In this document: positions 59,035-64,000 of the stretch, piece by piece | Layout of the letters: the number at the start of each line of letters is the position of its first letter | Position numbering within the stretch: position 1 is the first letter of the stretch | Assembly: GCA_022425725.1 (NCBI GenBank) | Contig: JAKMEY010000037.1 | Coordinates: 32,805-96,804, forward strand | Source: Ilumatobacteraceae bacterium | Lineage (GTDB): Bacteria > Actinomycetota > Acidimicrobiia > Acidimicrobiales > Ilumatobacteraceae | Reading direction: 5' to 3' | DNA length: 64,000 bases | Program-made: the position numbers and the translations under genes | The notes under the pieces: generated by a model | Database searches by the model: none | Told to the model about the DNA's origin: nothing | What the model saw: only the letters and a program-made list of their open reading frames with translations

Positions 59035-59286
59035 ATGACATCTCGAACACGACAGCAACGGCAACCGCAACGAGCCTCCACAACAGGTGTCGGTCAACGA
59101 CCGCCGTTTCGTTGGAGGTGCCCAACTTGTGGAAGTTCAGTCGTCACACTCGTCACTGTCTCGGCTGCACCAACGTGTTCAGCACACACGGTCGGTGGCC
59201 GGCAGATGGTTGCTGAACGAGTTCGTTTTCGCGATCTTGATCGACCACCGAATCAAGCGCAAGAGGTTCAAAATGAACTGAGGTAG
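59035..59286 (+). CDS. Candidate small basic zinc-ribbon protein (low confidence)
   Basis: The internal ATG of ORF 58948..59286 gives an 83-aa product: MTSRTRQQRQPQRASTTGVGQRPPFRWRCPTCGSSVVTLVTVSAAPTCSAH... (CPxCG-N13-CxxH). It is the only sizeable ORF in an otherwise ~320-nt non-coding gap. The 3' end overlaps the GT2 gene by 19 nt. Confidence 0.3.
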   Translation: MTSRTRQQRQPQRASTTGVGQRPPFRWRCPTCGSSVVTLVTVSAAPTCSAHTVGGRQMVAERVRFRDLDRPPNQAQEVQNELR

Positions 59287-59999
59287 CGCTGACCACTCGG
59301 CGAGTACCGCAGAATGCACCAGAATGCGCGAACCCCGTCTCGCCAACCGATCTTCTTGCCTTCGTCATAGGTTCGGCCGTTATACGAGATGCCAACCTCA
59401 AACACCCGCCACCCGGCGGCAGCAACCTTCGCAGTCACCTCGGGCTCAAACCCGAAACGATCCTCTTCGATTTCGATCGATTGGATGACCTCGCGGCGAA
59501 ACGCCTTGTAACAGGTCTCCATATCGGTGAGATTGAGATCGGTGAACATATTCGACACGAGCGTGAGCAATTTGTTCCCCATCGAATGCCAGAAAAAGAG
59601 CACCCGGTGAGCCTCGCCACCAACGAAACGACTGCCGTACACCACATCGGCGTCTCCGGCGACGAGCGGACCGATGACTTTGGGGAATTCAGTTGGGTCG
59701 TACTCGAGATCGGCATCTTGCACGATGACGTACGGCAACGTTGCCGCCGCGAAACCAGTGCGCAATGCCGCACCCTTACCTTGATTGTGAGGCTGTAACA
59801 GCACTCGAACCCGCTCATCGGAAAGTCCGGCAAGAATCTCGCGGGTACCGTCGGTCGACCCATCGTCGACGATGATGACCTCTCCAACGATCGACTGCTC
59901 GAGCACGGCCGCAAGGCAGGTTTCGATCGTGACAACCTCGTTGTAACACGGCATAACGACAGATAGCGATGCATCTGGAAGGTCGACAACTCGAACCAT
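59268..59999 (-). CDS. Family-2 glycosyltransferase (polyprenyl-phosphate sugar synthase-like)
   Basis: 243 aa. LSVVMPCYNE, IIVDDGSTDGT, NQGKGAALR, VQDADLEYDP and YGSRF are GT2/DPM1-like blocks. Confidence 0.85.
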   Translation of the reverse strand: MVRVVDLPDASLSVVMPCYNEVVTIETCLAAVLEQSIVGEVIIVDDGSTDGTREILAGLSDERVRVLLQPHNQGKGAALRTGFAAATLPYVIVQDADLEYDPTEFPKVIGPLVAGDADVVYGSRFVGGEAHRVLFFWHSMGNKLLTLVSNMFTDLNLTDMETCYKAFRREVIQSIEIEEDRFGFEPEVTAKVAAAGWRVFEVGISYNGRTYDEGKKIGWRDGVRAFWCILRYSPSGQRYLSSF

Positions 60000-60035
60000 G
60001 CTGTCAGGCTAACGGTGAGTGGTGCAGTGGCACTC

Positions 60036-63000
60036 CTAACGGAAATTCCGACTGGTCGATCGACCAGGAGCGGCAAGCGGCTGCAGATGCTCTGCGATCA
60101 CATTGACAACACCCTCTGAACGTTCAAGGCGACCGCGCACCACAAGGGCTGGTGCCAGCGATTCGGAGCGGAACCGTTTCCAGCACCCTGCCGACACGAT
60201 CACATTGATGAGCCCGGTTTCATCTTCAAGATTGATAAATGTTGTTCCACGAGCGGTCATCGGCCGCTGCCGATGCGTCACCGTGCCAGCAACAACAACT
60301 GTCCGATCAACTTCGTGGGTCTGCAGCCCTTCTGATGTCACCACTCCAAGGTCAGAAAGTTCTTTACGCAAGAACGCCGTCGGGTGCCCGTCAGCAGAAA
60401 TGCCGGTTGACCACAAATCAGCCACCGCTTCTTCAACAGGGGTCATTCCCGGTAATCGAGGTGCAGTGACCTGGGCTGCGATGCCAGGGATCGTGCCCGA
60501 TCGAGCTTGAGCGGCTGACCCTGCAAGCCAGAGGGCTTCACGACGGTTAAGCCCGAGGCACTCCTCAAACGCCCCTGCTGTCGCTAATGCTTCGAGATGT
60601 GCGACCGTGATGCCGGGAACCCGTCGCACAAGGTCTTCCAACGAATCGAACATGCTGTGTTGCCGTTGCTCGACAATCTGTTCAGCAAGATCGCTGCCGA
60701 GCCCCCGCACCGACGTGAACCCAAGTCGAATAACGCTTCCACCATCTTCAAGTGTGGCTCCTTCAGCTGAAACCCCAAGATCAACCCCTCTCACCGTTAC
60801 ACCATGGCGACGCGCGTCACGAACAAGAGTATGTGGAGACCAAAATCCCATCGGCTGGGCATTGAGCAATGCCGCACAGAACGCTGCAGGTTCGTGATAC
60901 TTGATCCATGCTGAGGCATAGACGAGGTAAGCAAACGACACCGAGTGCGACTCAGGAAATCCGTAATTCGCAAACGCTTTCATCTTTATGTAGATCTCAT
61001 CGGCAACGTCTCCGGTGATACCGCGCTCAGACATGCCGCGATAAAACCGCTCACGCAGACGCTCCATCCGCGCCGCTGAACGTTTCGACCCCATTGCTTG
61101 TCGAAGCTCGTCAGCCTCAGCTGCACTGAAGCCGGCAACATCGATTGCCATCTGCATGAGTTGCTCCTGGAAAAGGGGAACCCCCAGTGTCTTGCCCAGC
61201 GAGTTTTCTAACAGCGGATGCAAATAGGTGACCGGTTCGAGACCATTCCGACGACGAATATACGGATGAACTGAACCACCTTGAATCGGACCTGGTCGAA
61301 TCAGTGCAACTTCGACGACAAGGTCGTAAAACCGCCGAGGTTTCAGGCGGGGCAGCGTTGCCATTTGTGCCCGAGACTCCACTTGGAACACCCCGACCGT
61401 GTCAGCCCGACACAGCATTGCGTAGACCTCATCTTCTTGCGGGATCGTTGCGAGATCGACGGTGTATCCGCAGTGCTCAGCGATGAGGTCGACCGCAAGA
61501 TGTAGCGCCGACAACATGCCAAGACCCAGTAGGTCAAACTTCACCAAGCCTGCAGCAGCGCAGTCGTCTTTATCCCACTGCAATACCGACCGACCCTCAG
61601 CCCTCGCCCACTCAACCGGACACACCTCGATAACCGGCCGATCACAAATCACCATGCCACCTGAATGAACACCGAGGTGCCGTGGAGCATCTTCAAGACG
61701 ATGGGCAAGTTTCACTACATCGTCAGGAATGCCAGTTTCGTGTTGATCTGCAGTCTTGAGAACACGTTTCCATCCATCAACTCGACGCGACCACGCATCT
61801 TGACGGCCCGGGTCATGACCGAGCGCGCGAGCGGCATCACGTACCGCTGACCGCGAGCGGTAGGTGATGACGTTTGCTACCTGCGCCGTGTGGTGACGGC
61901 CATATCGCACGTACACGTACTGGATGACCTCTTCACGGCGACCCGATTCGATGTCGAGGTCGATATCAGGTGGTCCGTCACGGTGAGGGGAGAGAAAGCG
62001 TTCGAATAACAGTCCAAGCGACACCGCGTCGGCAGCAGTAATACCGAGGGCATAGCAGACCGCCGAGTTCGCTGCGCTTCCGCGACCCTGACAGTAAATG
62101 TCATGTTCACGACAAAACTTCACGATGTCCCATACGACAAGGAAGTAACCCGCGAACCCCAATTGTTCGACAAGCGCGAGTTCGCGGTCAATGGTCTGCC
62201 ATGCCTGCGACCTCAGCGTCATATCTTCTTCCGCTGGGGGTCGTTCCCCGTAGCGCCGCCGTGCACCTTCATATGTTGCGTGGCGAAGCAAGCCCATTTC
62301 GTCGAGCCCATCAGGACACGGATACGGAGGCAGCGATGGTGCAACGAGCGACACATCGAACGCTGCTGATCGCGCAATCTCCACGGTTCGTTCGATGACG
62401 CCTGGGTAGCGCTGAAAACGTCGGGCTTGTTCAACACCAGATCGCAGATACGACGCTCCGTGAGCAAAGAGTTGCTCTTCGACACCATGTAGGCCTGAGC
62501 GTCTGCCTATCGCCGCCACCGCCATCGCAAGGTCAGCATCTGCAGTGGTCGCATGCGTCACCGCATTTGCAGCGACACACTCCACCCCCGAGCGATGTGC
62601 GATCTCGACCATCGCATCGTTGCGGTGATGATCGAGAGGGTCGCCGTGATCCCAAAGCTCTACGAGAACACGATCACGTCCGAAAAGATCGATAAGGCGA
62701 TCGAGTTCACGGCGAGCTGCTCGAGGCCCTTGTGCACACAATATTGCTGGCACAACACCGGTGCCATCGCCGGTCAAGACCCATGACAGGCCTTTCACAT
62801 GTTCTGCCACGACATCGAGGTTGTGGCGCGGCGCACCTTTTGATCCGGCAAGTAAACCCAATGACAGTGCCCGTGAAAGACCGCTATATCCCGATGGGCC
62901 ATCAGCGAGAACAACGATGCGCTTTCCATGTTCGTCATCGGCATCTTTCGGCAATGTGAGTTCTGTTCCAATGACCGTTGGAAGTTGCAATGACCGTGCC

Positions 63001-63353
63001 GCCTCCGCAAAACGGATAACCCCGTACAGCCCGTCACGGTCGCATAAACCGAGAGCATCAAGACCAAGCCGCGACGCTTCGACTGCGAGTGCTTCAGGGT
63101 GACTTGCACCCTCCAAGAATGAAAAGTGCGATCGGGCATGCAACTCGGCATAAGGAACTCGAATCCCTCTCGGCGCTGCGTGATCGACTGGCGCTTCAAA
63201 CGGCTGACGTTGGCGGCTCCACGCCGGAGCGTCACCACCAGCATTCCATGCAGGACTCCCGGGAGCGCGCCCGTCACGACCCTGTTGCGATGCTCGACCC
63301 GAAAGCCGGGCTTCAAGTTCGTTCCATGTCCACTGAGGGTTTGTGAATCCCAC
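60036..63353 (-). CDS. dnaE2: Error-prone DNA polymerase III alpha subunit DnaE2 (ImuC)
   Basis: The N-terminus ...PQWTWNELEARLSG...YAELHARSHFSFLEGAS (PHP domain) is colinear with DnaE2-type proteins, and there is no tau/beta-binding tail typical of DnaE1. Start moved to the GTG at 63353 because the track start (TTG at 63389) would place the LexA box inside the gene. Confidence 0.9.
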   Translation of the reverse strand: MGFTNPQWTWNELEARLSGRASQQGRDGRAPGSPAWNAGGDAPAWSRQRQPFEAPVDHAAPRGIRVPYAELHARSHFSFLEGASHPEALAVEASRLGLDALGLCDRDGLYGVIRFAEAARSLQLPTVIGTELTLPKDADDEHGKRIVVLADGPSGYSGLSRALSLGLLAGSKGAPRHNLDVVAEHVKGLSWVLTGDGTGVVPAILCAQGPRAARRELDRLIDLFGRDRVLVELWDHGDPLDHHRNDAMVEIAHRSGVECVAANAVTHATTADADLAMAVAAIGRRSGLHGVEEQLFAHGASYLRSGVEQARRFQRYPGVIERTVEIARSAAFDVSLVAPSLPPYPCPDGLDEMGLLRHATYEGARRRYGERPPAEEDMTLRSQAWQTIDRELALVEQLGFAGYFLVVWDIVKFCREHDIYCQGRGSAANSAVCYALGITAADAVSLGLLFERFLSPHRDGPPDIDLDIESGRREEVIQYVYVRYGRHHTAQVANVITYRSRSAVRDAARALGHDPGRQDAWSRRVDGWKRVLKTADQHETGIPDDVVKLAHRLEDAPRHLGVHSGGMVICDRPVIEVCPVEWARAEGRSVLQWDKDDCAAAGLVKFDLLGLGMLSALHLAVDLIAEHCGYTVDLATIPQEDEVYAMLCRADTVGVFQVESRAQMATLPRLKPRRFYDLVVEVALIRPGPIQGGSVHPYIRRRNGLEPVTYLHPLLENSLGKTLGVPLFQEQLMQMAIDVAGFSAAEADELRQAMGSKRSAARMERLRERFYRGMSERGITGDVADEIYIKMKAFANYGFPESHSVSFAYLVYASAWIKYHEPAAFCAALLNAQPMGFWSPHTLVRDARRHGVTVRGVDLGVSAEGATLEDGGSVIRLGFTSVRGLGSDLAEQIVEQRQHSMFDSLEDLVRRVPGITVAHLEALATAGAFEECLGLNRREALWLAGSAAQARSGTIPGIAAQVTAPRLPGMTPVEEAVADLWSTGISADGHPTAFLRKELSDLGVVTSEGLQTHEVDRTVVVAGTVTHRQRPMTARGTTFINLEDETGLINVIVSAGCWKRFRSESLAPALVVRGRLERSEGVVNVIAEHLQPLAAPGRSTSRNFR

Positions 63354-63364
63354 AACATCAAGTA

Positions 63365-63380
63365 TCGAACATATGTTCGA
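63365..63380. promoter_or_regulatory. LexA (SOS) operator upstream of dnaE2
   Basis: TCGAACATATGTTCGA is a perfect match to the actinobacterial SOS box TCGAAC-N4-GTTCGA. It is embedded in a perfect 24-bp palindrome AGTATCGAACATATGTTCGATACT (63361-63384), 12 nt upstream of the proposed GTG. Confidence 0.8.
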
Positions 63381-63416
63381 TACTTGCAAATGGCCCGCTA
63401 GGCCCTGCCTTTCGCC

Positions 63417-63989
63417 CTACACAACGAACTCTTGACGAAGACGGGTGAGTAACGCTGCGAGTCGTGGGTCGCCTGCACGCCCAACTGCAGCAGACCAATC
63501 GAACCACTCGACACGCTGACTCTCATCGGGTGGTGGCGCAGGGTCGGCATCTCCCCCATCAACCAAGTACCGAAGGTCGAGGTGTGTATGCCCACGCCCC
63601 CCTTGATGAACATCGACATGAACAAGCCGAGGTCGTTCATCGGTAAATCGCACATCAAGGCCAGTTTCTTCCCGTGCCTCACGAAGTGCTGCATCCCACG
63701 GAGATTCACCTTGATCAACATGACCTCCTGGTTGAAGCCACATACCTAACCGTTTGTGTTCAAGAAGCACTGTGCCCCGGGGGCCCACCACGATCGCTGA
63801 ACCAGTGATATGCACCACGTCATCACGTTGGTCAAAAGGGTTACCGCCGGCACTACGAATACGGTCGACCTCTGCAATCAATGTTGCAATTGATCGCTCT
63901 TCATCAGTGTCAGCTGCGACGTGAGCATTCACCGCTGCCAGCACTTGGTCGATGAGCGCATCTGACATTTCACGTACCGTACCGTTCAT
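63417..63989 (-). CDS. NUDIX hydrolase
   Basis: 190 aa. The Nudix box is GGHVDQGESPWDAALREAREETGL (GX5EX7REUXEEXGU). Its ATG overlaps (ATGA) the stop of an unidentifiable upstream gene that runs off the window end. Confidence 0.85.
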   Translation of the reverse strand: MNGTVREMSDALIDQVLAAVNAHVAADTDEERSIATLIAEVDRIRSAGGNPFDQRDDVVHITGSAIVVGPRGTVLLEHKRLGMWLQPGGHVDQGESPWDAALREAREETGLDVRFTDERPRLVHVDVHQGGRGHTHLDLRYLVDGGDADPAPPPDESQRVEWFDWSAAVGRAGDPRLAALLTRLRQEFVV

Positions 63990-64000
63990 CAGCCGTGAGT

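Overview
This is a moderately GC-rich, very gene-dense bacterial chromosomal segment. About three quarters of the genes are on the minus strand, and most gaps between calls are under 100 nt. Gene content and order point to Actinomycetota (inference). The evidence is the comM-dprA-xerC-whiG-M23-rpsB-tsf-pyrH-frr-cdsA-dxr-rseP-ispG block, gatCAB-lgt, the DUF3039/DUF3054/DUF4031 proteins, and dnaE2 behind a TCGAAC-N4-GTTCGA LexA box. I call 65 protein-coding genes: one runs off the window start and several have uncertain starts. I also call one tRNA-Leu(UAG), a leader-peptide plus terminator attenuator in front of ilvB, one SOS box and one short coding tandem repeat. Several six-frame ORFs were trimmed at the 5' end where the long form overlaps the upstream gene and a homologue-consistent internal start exists. 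I saw no rRNA, CRISPR array, transposase, phage genes or integrase-bearing island, so the window looks like core housekeeping DNA. I did not find a clear-cut new multi-gene system. The observations I think most deserve follow-up are:
- A lipoprotein fusing a mono-haem cytochrome c-like module to a PHM/DBH-type copper monooxygenase (32958-34565).
- An orphan clpP next to two unusual fold-type-II PLP enzymes (27152-30582).
- A rhodanese-first, zinc-less E1-like adenylyltransferase (45843-47009).
- The only large intergenic region, roughly 275-317 nt of GC-rich nested palindromes (56986-57302).
- A possible unannotated small zinc-ribbon gene (59035-59286).
All family assignments come from reading motifs by eye. 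No database search was run.
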